From contig NC_042998.1 in assembly GCF_006345805.1 (NCBI RefSeq), positions 147,932,001-147,996,000 of the forward strand: a DNA stretch of 64,000 nt. Reading direction: 5' to 3'. Within the stretch, counting starts at the first letter, position 1, and every line of letters begins with the position of its first letter. Under the pieces are notes generated by a model, which was not told the origin of the DNA, did not search any database, and was given only the letters and a program-made list of their open reading frames with translations. The stretch comes from Octopus sinensis. Its lineage: Eukaryota. Below, piece by piece: positions 54,051 to 64,000 of the stretch. A program made the translations under genes and the position numbers.

Positions 54051-54589
54051 AGGATTATGGGCTCTGTCCCCCTTGCTCCAGACTCAGCAAGGATGGGCTT
54101 CCATGTTGCTTGTATTTATCAAATTTCATCTATTGGCCAGCTTGAATCTATTGTAGAAATTTTCCAATGTGTCACACAATAAGATTGAACCCCAGATCAT
54201 ATGGCTGCAAGGTCAAGTTCTTAATCATACCTGCAATTTTTTAATTTGAATATGATAAACTTGAGGTGTCTTGTAACTTATTTAGAATAATGAGGAATTG
54301 ACCAGCTTGATAATGAAAAAGTAACAACGGCAAGAATCTGCCTGGTGAAAGGTCTCATGTATAGTACTGTTTTTCTAAGACATGGAATCTGTGTTGTATT
54401 TTAATGTCTTGATTTATGAAACTATCATCTGTGTTTCACTACTGTTGCCTGTAAGACATAACTCATATATAGTGGCAAGACTAAATGAGTAATACCAAGG
54501 TGTGTCAACTTGTATTATAAGAAAGAAGTGAATGTTTACTTGCACAACCAGTTACACTACTATTAGCTGGACTCTGTACACACTGCAAG

Positions 54590-54990
54590 CTTCATCAGTT
54601 TTAACATACCCTTTTCCATGCTTGTATTGGTTGGATGGAATTTATTGGGGTGGATTTTCTATGGTTGGATGCCCTTCCTGCTGTCAACCCTTACCTGTTA
54701 TCAAGCAATATTTCCCTATGGTTAGACATTATTTCACAGAAGAATGGAAACAAAGGACACTGTTTACATGGCAGTAGTGCTCATTTACAACTATTACACA
54801 ATGCCAAGGGAAGGAAGCACACACACACACTGACAGAGAGGACTTTTCAGTTTCCATTTACCAAATCCACTCTCAAATCATTGGTTGGCCCACAGCTGTT
54901 GTAAGAGTCACTTACCCTAGGTATCACACAGTGTGATTGAACCTGAACTCATGTAGATGGGAAACAAACTTCTTACCACACAGCTATGCC
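54590..54990 (-). mobile_element. SINE family B
   Basis: RTE-type tail ttccatgcttg...ggatgcccttcc, (CA)n linker, and head accaaatccactc...tcttaccacacagc. Confidence 0.7.
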
Positions 54991-57900
54991 CATTAAATAG
55001 TAAAAGTTCCTGTAATCTGTGTTTGTTGAGTTAACTTCTAACTGGAAAATAAGACGACTAAGGTAACAACATGGTTGGTAGTAGAAGCATGAAAGCACTT
55101 ACGACAAGACTTAGTCATGTCAGAGGTTGATTGTTCATAGTTTTGAAGAGTGATCTTAGTGCAGTTTACATTTAAGACGTATTGTCTTCACAAGCTGAGT
55201 AGGAAAATATGACTTCATTGTCTTAATTTGATGGCATATAGCTGGATAGTTAATTGAACTTATTCTTTCAGGATGTGTAGGTGGGGATGCATTTTGATAA
55301 AATTTTTCAAATGTAGATCCTTAACAAGTTAATAATAAAAAATAATCGGAATTGGAACTGATCTATAAATGATAACTTGAAACAAATTGCTTTTCTATTT
55401 GGAAACCTGTTAAGTACATCAGAATTCTTTTATGAGAACAGCTGCTTTATTTTATTGTTGAAGTGGCTTGCAGTTTTTGTTGATCTTGCAACATCCATTT
55501 CACAAGTAGCAAGCTTTTTATATGACTTGATATATTTCAGCAGTAAATGTTAATCATTATGGACTTTATTTTTTTTGTTTTAAAAAATTTCAGTTGTAAA
55601 AAAGTATAAATCTCTCTCTCGCTGGCTATCCATCCATACATCCACGCACCCACCCACACACATCCGGTTGTCTGCCTGCCTGTCTCTATGTCTAGCTCTT
55701 TATTGTCTAATCACTTATTCTTTTTAAATTCATATTTTTATAAAGAAATATGTTTCGAGAAAATATTGAAGAAAATGACAAAATTTTGTCAAATATAATG
55801 ATTTTTAGCAAACATTATTGCTAATAATTCCAAAAAATTTTAAGTGAAGAACTGCCAATCTTATACGGACTTTTACCTCTTGTTAACTGTATTAATTGAG
55901 TTAAAAGTATACATTGACGGAAATGGAATGCTTGCCTGATATTCAGTCTAGATTTAGTAATCGCATAAGTGCATTGGAAATAAGGTAATATGACATTATT
56001 GATCACTGGCTCCTTACCATTTGAAAGCCATCAACAGGTTGTTATACATGGGCTGTAAAGTCAGGCTAGGAAAGGCATGAACTAATCAATAACTGCTCTA
56101 GCTCAGCTGAGCACTTATTGTTAGAACTGATTTTTTTTTCTTTTTGTAATCTGCCACAAGCATTTACTTGATCTGGTGTCTATTTCCTTTCTTTTTGCAT
56201 TTTCTGTTCTTAAAGCCAAATTTTAAACTTGAAATGCCATCTTCCTTAGAATAATTTGTATTTTATATGTGAGCTCATTTTATTTTCTCTGGCTGCTTCT
56301 TCAAAAGATTAATGAAGCATTTCACCACCACTTCATCCTCTCCTATGTTGGATTTTACAATAATAAATCTCTCTGCCCCCCCCCCCCCCTCCTATTTCTA
56401 TTTTAATGGCTTTTGCAATTTTGTTGTTGGATATGATGACCTCTGCTACTATCCTTCTGCTAAATAAATAATTACCGACTTTTTCTTACTTTCACACTTA
56501 TATACACATGGACATCTACATACATACTGTTATTTTAAAAGGCTTTCCTAATGATTTGAATTATTTTCTGTTTTAACTGCTGCATAAATTAGATCTTGAA
56601 GATGTTGGTTGCTAATAGAAGATTTACACCTATTTCCTAAAAGATGTGATTATCAAAACAGTTTAGTTTCAAGTGATATACAGTAGTTTTATTTTTATCA
56701 GATACTGAGAAGTGTTTTTAAAGAGTCTGTTTAAAAGAATAGTATTTAATAAAAAAAAAAAATGTGTGTGAGTATGTATATATGTATGTGTGTTTATGTA
56801 TGTGGAAGAGATCGCACTATCAAAAGTGGATTAGCATTATCAGTTTTTCCATATTAGTATGAGCTGGCTAGACTAGATATGTCTCTTCAGTGTGTATTGT
56901 TCCCCCTTATTCTGAGTTTCTTGATATCATATATTTTGTGATGGCATGGACTGCTACTTAAGTTTTACACAGACCAACTCTCTAATCTCCCCCATATTGT
57001 TTTTGAAGAAAATATTTTCAGCTATCCAGCTCAAAATAGTTCTAAATGATTGGATATTTACAAAGAATCCCTATGCAGATCATAAATTGCACTAAGTTAA
57101 TTATCTCTGATGACATTCATATCATGAAGTCCTTCAAAAAATGTACATAAGAAAGTTTAGTTGTGTAAATTGTATACAGGGATATTAAGATACAGTGTTA
57201 ATTTAACTTGTATATCTTGGTATGTGTATGCCCTCCTTTATTTAGTATCACAGCTTTTGCCTGATTAAATTTTAATTAGATAAGTGCTAGGGTTGGTTAG
57301 TTTCACAAAACCCTTCAAGGTAGTGCCCCCAGCTTGGCTGCCGTTCAATAACTGACACAAGTAAAAGACAGAAGACTTCTTGATCCATGTTTATTTACCT
57401 CCTTGGTCACTGCTTTTTTCAACTCTGTAATTGATGTAATTTTCAGCAATCTTGCTTCCAACTTGCTTTCAAGATGTTCATATATATATTCCATTGGATT
57501 AAGATCCCATTTCATGGATTCAGTTCTGTGAGTTCATTCCCAACCTTGCTCAAACTGCTTGGGGCTCAATCTTCTTAGAAAAGTGGTCTTCTTTAAGATA
57601 TACAGAAGGGTATATCTTTTGCAAATGGTCTTCCTATCAATTTCTACAGAATTTTGGGCCATTTAAATTGTTTACAACTAAAATGAGCTTTAATCTACCT
57701 ATCACCTAAAGTGCTCCTACCATACTATAATTCCAAGTCCTCGATATTTTGTTATTCCTTGCTGACAGTCTGGCTCCTATATTTGAGTTTTCTTGCTCTA
57801 TACATATATTCATTAGAATTAGGCCATTTGATCCCTTTGGTTACATTAACTTTTGAAATCTTTTGCTATAAAATGAGGAAAAAAGAAATGGGTGCTTAAC

Positions 57901-58491
57901 TCATCTTTTTATCCATCTTAGCTAACTTATGTTTTTATTTTGTTAGGTCTAGTGATCCTAATCCTATCTCAGTAATTCTTAACCTATATGTCTTCTGTCC
58001 ATACACATGGAATCACAGATATCACACAGATCTTTTATTGATTTAAAAAAAAAAAATTAATGCTTAAATGTTTTTGGATACAATCATTTCAAGTAACATT
58101 CTTTCAAATTTAATATCTAGAAATGTGTCTCTGTCAGACATGATACTGATCTTCGATATACTTCAGTATTTTTGAAAAATTTGTTGCGCTTATTTAAATA
58201 GCACTACACTTAATTTAATGCCTTCATCAAGTATTTGTTATTTTTCTAACACTTCTTTTCAGTGATAACTTTCTAAAAGTTATCTTCAGAAATTACTTGC
58301 CATTTTCTTGGAAACTTTAATTTTTGTCTGAATCCTGCCATCTTTTTATTTTTGTACACATTTGTATCAATAAGAAAGAAAAAAGTGAAAAAGAGAAAAG
58401 AAAGAAATTCTGTATAATATCCTTTTTTGTTAAAGTTGATTTTAATTGTATATTTTATATTAATAAATTATTATACCTCTTTCTCTTTCAG

Positions 58492-58726
58492 ATTAATCGT
58501 GTAGAATATGTTCATTCCAAACATCTAATATACAGAGATGTTAAGCCAGAGAATTTTCTAATTGGAAGACAGTCAACAAAGAAGCAAAATATCATACATA
58601 TTATAGACTTTGGTCTAGCAAAGGAATACGTTGATGCTGAAACACATAAACACATACCCTATCGAGACCATAAAAGTTTAACAGGAACAGCTCGCTATAT
58701 GAGCATAAATACACATTTGGGAAAAG
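58492..58726 (+). CDS. CSNK1G: Casein kinase I gamma, internal coding exon ([25 protein letters not shown]...[10 protein letters not shown]...[18 protein letters not shown]+G), 235 nt, phase 0 to 1
   Basis: ttctctttcAG acceptor at 58490-58491, GTAAGG donor at 58727. Contains the catalytic loop [12 protein letters not shown] and the CK1 signature SIN. The YRD plus [11 protein letters not shown] pattern fits the gamma subfamily. Confidence 0.97.
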
Positions 58727-59119
58727 GTAAGGAATATATTGCCAATGTGGGCAGGCATTATTATCAAATTATTCCACATATTAACATATTCCACTCCTTT
58801 CAAAACATTTTTGTTTTAACCACTTGAAAAACATTTCATCATGTATAAAATTTGTCTCTAGATTTGGGCCATACATATCTATAAACATATTTGTGTTTAT
58901 TCCTGAATAAGCAGCCCTATGTTATGTAGGTAGTAAGTTAAACAATAATGTGCAATTTACAGATCTATTTTTCCAGATAGATCAAGGTGATGCTTCTACC
59001 TATTTGTGAAGCACAGTGCTATGTGGCTATAGAATGGTGTATCATATTGACTGTAGTATGTATGGAAGTCTTTGTTGGGATTGTGTTTTTTTTTCTGTTG
59101 ATTGTGATTGAGCTAGGAA

Positions 59120-60842
59120 TCATTATCATCATCATCGTTTAGCGTCCGTTTTCCGCGCTAGCATGGGTTGGACGGTTCGACCGGGGTCTGGGAAGCCAGG
59201 GGCTGCACCAGGCTCCAGTCTGATCTGGCAGTGTTTCTACAGCTGGATGCCCTTCCTAACGCCAACCACTCCGTGAGTGTAGTGGGTGCTTTTTACGTGC
59301 CACCTGCACAGGTGCCAGGGGAGTCTGGCATCTGCCACGATCGGTTGGTGCTTTTAACGTGCCACCGGCACGGAAGCCAGCCAAGGCGGCGCTGGCATTG
59401 GCCACATTCGGATGGTGCTTTTTATGTGCCACTGGCACAGAAGCCAGTCGAGGCAGTGCTGGCATCGGCCACGTTCGGATAGTGCTTTTTATGTGCCACC
59501 GGCACAGAAGCCAGTCGAGGCGGCACTGGCAACGGCCACATTCAGATGGTGCTTTTTATGTGCCATTGGCACAGAAGCCAGTCGAGGCAGTGCTGGCATC
59601 GGCCGCGTTCGGATAGTGCTTTTTATGTGCCACCGGCACAGAAGCCAGTCGAGGCGGCACTGGCAACGGCCACGTTCAGATGGTGCTTTTTATGTGCCAC
59701 CTGCACAGGTATCACAACTACTATTTCCATTGATATTTATTTTGATGTTCATGTACTTGACACAATAGGTCTCCTCAAGCACAGCGGGATGTTCTGGAAT
59801 CCAAGGTACTTTGAATGGGCAGGGGCTATGCAGAACTGGTGCAGGAAGCAGCCCGGGTCTTTGCAGTAACAGCATATCTCCAGAGATCTCGGTCCTTCGC
59901 CATTGCCTCAGTGAGGCCCAATGCTCTGAGGTCATGCTTGACTACCTCATCCCATGTCTTCCTGGGTCTACCTCTCCTGATACCTTCAACTGTTTTGGAG
60001 TGGCACTTCTTCACACATCTCTCCTCATCCATCCGCAGTACATGACCATACCATCACAAGCGTTGCTCTTGCACACCACATCTGATGCTTCTTATGTCCA
60101 GCATTTCTCTCAGGGTGCTTACCCTCTGTCGTGCGCGCACACTGACATTACACATCCAGCGGATCATGCTAGCTTCATTCCTTTCAAGTCTATGCATGTC
60201 CTCTGCAGTCACAGCCCATGTTTCACTACCGTGAAGCATGGCAGTTTGCACACATGCGTCATACAATCTACCTTTCACTCTGAGCGAGAGACCCTTTGTC
60301 GCCGGTAGGGGTAGGAGCCTTCTGAACTTTGCCCAGGCTATTCGTATTCTAGTGGTGACACTCTCTGAGCATCCACCTCCACTACTAACTTGGTCACCCA
60401 GGTAGCAGAAACTATCAACTACTTCTATTTTCTTCCCCTGGAGTGTGATGGAATCTGTTTTCTGAGTATTTGTGGTGTCTATTGTCCCTGTGCATCTGCT
60501 GCACATGAAAGCTATCTTATCAGTTAATTTCCCTTTGATGTTGCTGCACCTCTTATGCGTCCATAGCTTACACTGGGTACATCTTATGGAGTTTCTACCT
60601 ACACCTTTCCTACAGATCGAGCAGGGCCACTTGCCCGAGGGGGTGTGTGCTAAGTTCGCCTTTCTACTTACTATAACTTTGGTCTTTGCTACATTTACTC
60701 TAAGGCCCTTTGATTCTAACCCTTGCTTCCACACCTGAAATTTCTTTTCTAGTTCCGGTAGTGATTCTGCTATGAGAGCCAGGTCATCAGCATAGAGGAG
60801 CTCCCAGGGGCAACCTGTTTTGAATTCCTCTGTTATTGCCTG
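59120..60842 (-). mobile_element. 5'-truncated young RTE LINE (from just before YADD to the (CAT)n tail)
   Basis: Minus ORF 60054-60734 is nearly identical to the 34948-35919 protein. YADD is intact (ctatgctgatgac). The 3' UTR has an expanded minisatellite. Confidence 0.95.
59348..59705. repeat. 67-bp minisatellite, 5 full units plus a partial, inside the RTE 3' UTR
   Basis: GTGCTTTT starts at 59348, 59415, 59482, 59549, 59616 and 59683 (period 67). A related 62-bp unit starts at 59286. Confidence 0.95.
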
Positions 60843-61470
60843 AATTCCTCTGTTAATGAAAATTTGGGTTTTTCTCTGTTGTGTTTTGTTTTGATTGAAG
60901 TGCTGTCAGTGTGTGTTTTTAGACAGCTCCTAGTTTTTAGCAATTTCTACATTGTCATCAACTTTTCCTAAAGCATGATATTTGCCTCTGCCATCTTTTC
61001 ATCATTCAAGTTGTGACTTTCTTGCACCACCAATGTATAAAGGACTATGATACATTATCCATGACTCATTTTTCTAAGAATTTTATCATTTTCCTTAGAT
61101 ACTATGGTTTGTTTCTTGGAAAACATTGTTTAGTAAATGGGTCTCCTGGCCACCATCTCGATTTACTTTTCAGCAAATGAACCATATCTTGATTTGAAGA
61201 AGCTTTTGAAACCTTTTAGAATTAGAAGCCAAATCTCATTCAAAGCACACACCATCAATATTATCAGGCAGACTCATATACATCTATTTGTTGACTTGTT
61301 TGATTGTAACTATTGGCAAATGAGTCCAAGAAAATGTTTTAGACCAGATTCTTTTTTTTTTTTTTTTTTTTTAAGGCTAAATTTTGGGGTTCATCTATTC
61401 CATGTACATTACTTTTGAGAAATTGATGTGCAAAGTGCAAGCCAAAGTACTTTGTCAGTAGCAGAACACC

Positions 61471-62165
61471 TTATGATCTCTGAAATGAATTAGGGAAGGA
61501 GGAGTGAATTACAGTAATAATACCAATAATTAGCTCATGTAGGCATCAAAACTCATATATGTTTCTGTAACTGTGATGACTGTTTATTTTGGTTATTTTT
61601 TTATTTACATTCCTTCAAACATGATCAACAATTTTTTTAAAAACTACATTTCTTAAAAAAAACTTTTATATATCTGCATTGGATATTTATTTCTAAGTAA
61701 TTTAATGTAGCTTGAGTTTATGAATATTAAAATGAAAATTATAAATATGGTGAATTCATAAGCTTTATTTCTGCATTACAAAACTGAAGTTAAAACAGAG
61801 TATTTTGACTATATTTCCAATGCATGATAAGCTATAGACATCTTTCTTATTGGGGAAATACTCCTATATTATCATCTAGATGAGTTGGTATCTTTATGCA
61901 ATCTTAGTTTTTTGCCAAAGTGTCTCATGAACTTTGTTCATTTTCAGCTTTTTAATTGCTCCTTGGGTTACATATTTTCCATCTTGATGATTCCCAAGTA
62001 CCCACTCAGTCACTTTACAAAGCTGACCTGTCAACAGACTTTGTTTCCACATATTATGATCTCTGAAATGAATTAGGAAAGCTGGAGTGAATTACAATAA
62101 TAATTCCAATACAATAATTATCTCGTGTAGACATGAAAACTTCTGCCTCTGTAACTATGATGACT
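61471..62165 (+). repeat. About 110-bp diverged direct repeat (61471-61581 and 62054-62165)
   Basis: ttatgatctctgaaatgaattagg.aag..ggagtgaattaca.taataa...tctgtaact.tgatgact occurs in both. Confidence 0.85.
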
Positions 62166-62167
62166 AC

Positions 62168-62770
62168 TCAAGACCAAAAGATACACAAATTTGGCCAGGT
62201 CAAAGTTCTTGCCATAGAAGTTGGGGCCGGAGGTTTCATGGATGAATTTGCTTACGATCTAATAAAACAACTCTCAGTCTCTGGGGAGAATAGGAGCAAA
62301 ACTCTAAAGGCAATATCATAGACAGTGGAGAGGTGCTTCAGCAGGATCTGGTCAAGGAGGAACTGAAATGACCTCCATACCGTTTGAAGGCAATATTTTA
62401 GTATTTTAACACTAAGGGAAGTAACTCTGAGTGAGTCGTTGTGGTAGCATTGACTTTTTTATCTCTACCATGATAACCAACGTTATTTTTTATTTTATGA
62501 TAAGTTTGAAAGCTGAGTCAGTGGAGAGGAGTTCCAACTTGATGAAATCTCCAAACAATTTAAATGCACAGGTCTCTGATACCCACTTGGCTAAAAAGGT
62601 GTCAGATGAAAAGCATCCAAGAGTCATGACCTTGATGCAGCTTGGTTCTCTTTTGAGTGTAAGAAGTTAAAGGCCGAAACACTTGCCTACGGCGGGTTTC
62701 TTCTCTGAAGACGTGCTCTTGAACTCTCTTGGGAGTTTCTTATCACATTGTATGAAGTTTATTTATTTGA
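62168..62770 (+). mobile_element. 3' fragment of a HERO-like RLE non-LTR retrotransposon (end of RLE domain and 3' UTR)
   Basis: KTKRYTNL[fs]QVKVLAIEVGAGGF...LIKQLSVSG..RSKTLKAIS*TVERCFSRIWSRRN* (62170-62366) resembles the K..KY..L / PVEVGCRGF / S.AAE.AS.WIW..R C-terminus of HERO-type RLE ORFs. The 3' boundary is uncertain. Confidence 0.6.
62655..62717 (+). ncRNA. Candidate hammerhead ribozyme with non-circularly permuted strand order
   Basis: GAGTGT-A(H17)-AGAAG (62655-62666), GGCC-GAAA-CACTT (62672-62684), CTTCT-CTGAAGA-C-GTGCT (62700-62717). Stem III has 6 bp, stem I has 5 perfect bp, stem II is imperfect. Confidence 0.55.
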
Positions 62771-62884
62771 TATCTTTCTCTTTTTGGAGCACCAAATTTT
62801 TTCCACTCTCACAAATTTCTCTGAAGCATCAAATTCTCTTAGTGCTTCAGTTATCTCCTAGCTATCTTCAATAATTTCTAATTG

Positions 62885-64000
62885 GAATGTAGATTTGTGT
62901 TGCATCCAAGAAGTAAGGTGGAAAGGAAGTTCTGCTAGGTTCCTCACAGGCAAAGAATGTAGGTATATAAGATTTTCTGATGGGGTTGGAGGCATAGGTA
63001 TACTCCTTGTGGAGAAATGGGTTGATAAGATAATTGAGGTAATTAGAGTCTGTAATAGAATACTTAAGCTTAGACTTGTGCTGCAACATGGATTAGCAAC
63101 CATTATTTTGACTTATGCCCCTCAGCCAGGACTACCTGATGAACAGAAAGATCAATTTTATGACACCCTCTTGCAGACTACCTCATCAATGAATGACTGG
63201 AACTTTCTCTTTGTGACTGGCGACTTGAACTGGCATGTTGGACAACATCCAGGGAGCTTCCATGGTGCACATGGTTGCTATGGATTTGGTTTCTACAATG
63301 AGGAGGGAATCAGGCTGCTGGAGTTCTGTGATGAAAATGATCTTATGATCTGTAATACTAACTTCAGGAAACCTGCCAGTCACCTGTTCACCTACCAGTC
63401 TGGTGGGCACACTAGTCAGATTGACTACATTCTTGTCAGGAAACGGGAAAGCAAGCTACTTATAAATGCCAAAACTTTGCCAGGTGAAGAACATAGGTTA
63501 GTAGTTAGCGTCTTCAGGATCCAGGCTAAATGGTTGCCCAGAAGACGACCAGCATGGAAAAGAAGGGTCTGGAAGCTTAAAAATCCTCTGAATGGACAGA
63601 GATTTAGAGACATTGAAGCTTTTGATGAAAAAGAGGAGGATATAGCATCACATAACGTGGAGGGCAACTGGAGGTCCCTATGGGACAACTTGTTAGGGGC
63701 TACTGACCAGATCTGTGGCTGGTGCAAAGTCCCCTCTGGCTTAATGTAATGTGGTGGTGAAACAATGTAGTTGACAGGGCCATTAGGCAAAAGAAACAGG
63801 CATGAAAGGACTAGAAGTGTGGTGGTAGCAGGGACCAGTATCAGATCACCAGAAGGGAAGCTAGGAGACAGGCTTAGTTAGCCAAAGTGGTAGCACATAA
63901 GAAAACATTTGCCAATGTTCTGCGTTGTGAGGACCAGACACTTGAAATGTTCTTTATTGCAAGACAGTGTGTGAGAGAGGATCATGATGTTATAAGAGAG
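62885..64000 (+). mobile_element. RTE LINE with AP-endonuclease domain, running off the window end
   Basis: ORF 62895-63749 contains CCIQEVRW, YAPQ, GDLN.HVG, N.EG.RLLEFC and SQIDYIL. The downstream part matches the minus copy at 6800-7150. Confidence 0.92.

Noticed and set aside
58324-58827. 167-aa ORF as a complete gene
   Set aside because: Only 58492-58726 is kinase-like and bounded by splice sites; the flanks are intron read-through.
59286-59710. CRISPR-like array of a conserved motif with variable spacers
   Set aside because: Eukaryotic context, no cas genes, spacers are homologous to one another, and the array is inside an RTE 3' UTR; it is a minisatellite.

Overview
Eukaryotic, AT-rich animal genomic DNA, almost certainly a coleoid cephalopod (Octopus-like; inferred from the SINE/RTE repeat set, microsatellite load and very long introns). 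The window lies inside one + strand gene, casein kinase I gamma (CSNK1G/gilgamesh). Three kinase-domain exons are present (7248-7317, 46367-46515, 58492-58726) with canonical AG/GT sites and matching phases, separated by introns of about 39 kb and 12 kb; the rest of the gene lies outside the window. The introns hold several RTE LINE copies (with a PHD finger inside the RT and a variable 3' UTR minisatellite), an R4/Dong-like RLE element split by an RTE, a HERO-like RLE 3' fragment, a BovB-type RTE with a 5' inversion, Tc1 (DD34E, IR/DR), mariner (DD34D), maT (DD37D), Tigger, a complete Chapaev3-like element, MITEs and two tRNA-derived SINE families. The most striking signal is at 62655-62717, in the 3' UTR of the HERO-like fragment: all hammerhead ribozyme core nucleotides with correctly placed stems I and III, but in a non-circularly permuted strand order. 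Other candidates are a hairpin-sequestered cryptic poison microexon (16674-16701) and inverted RTE copies bracketing a frame-preserving 384-nt exon pair. Repeat boundaries were read by eye and are approximate unless termini are cited.
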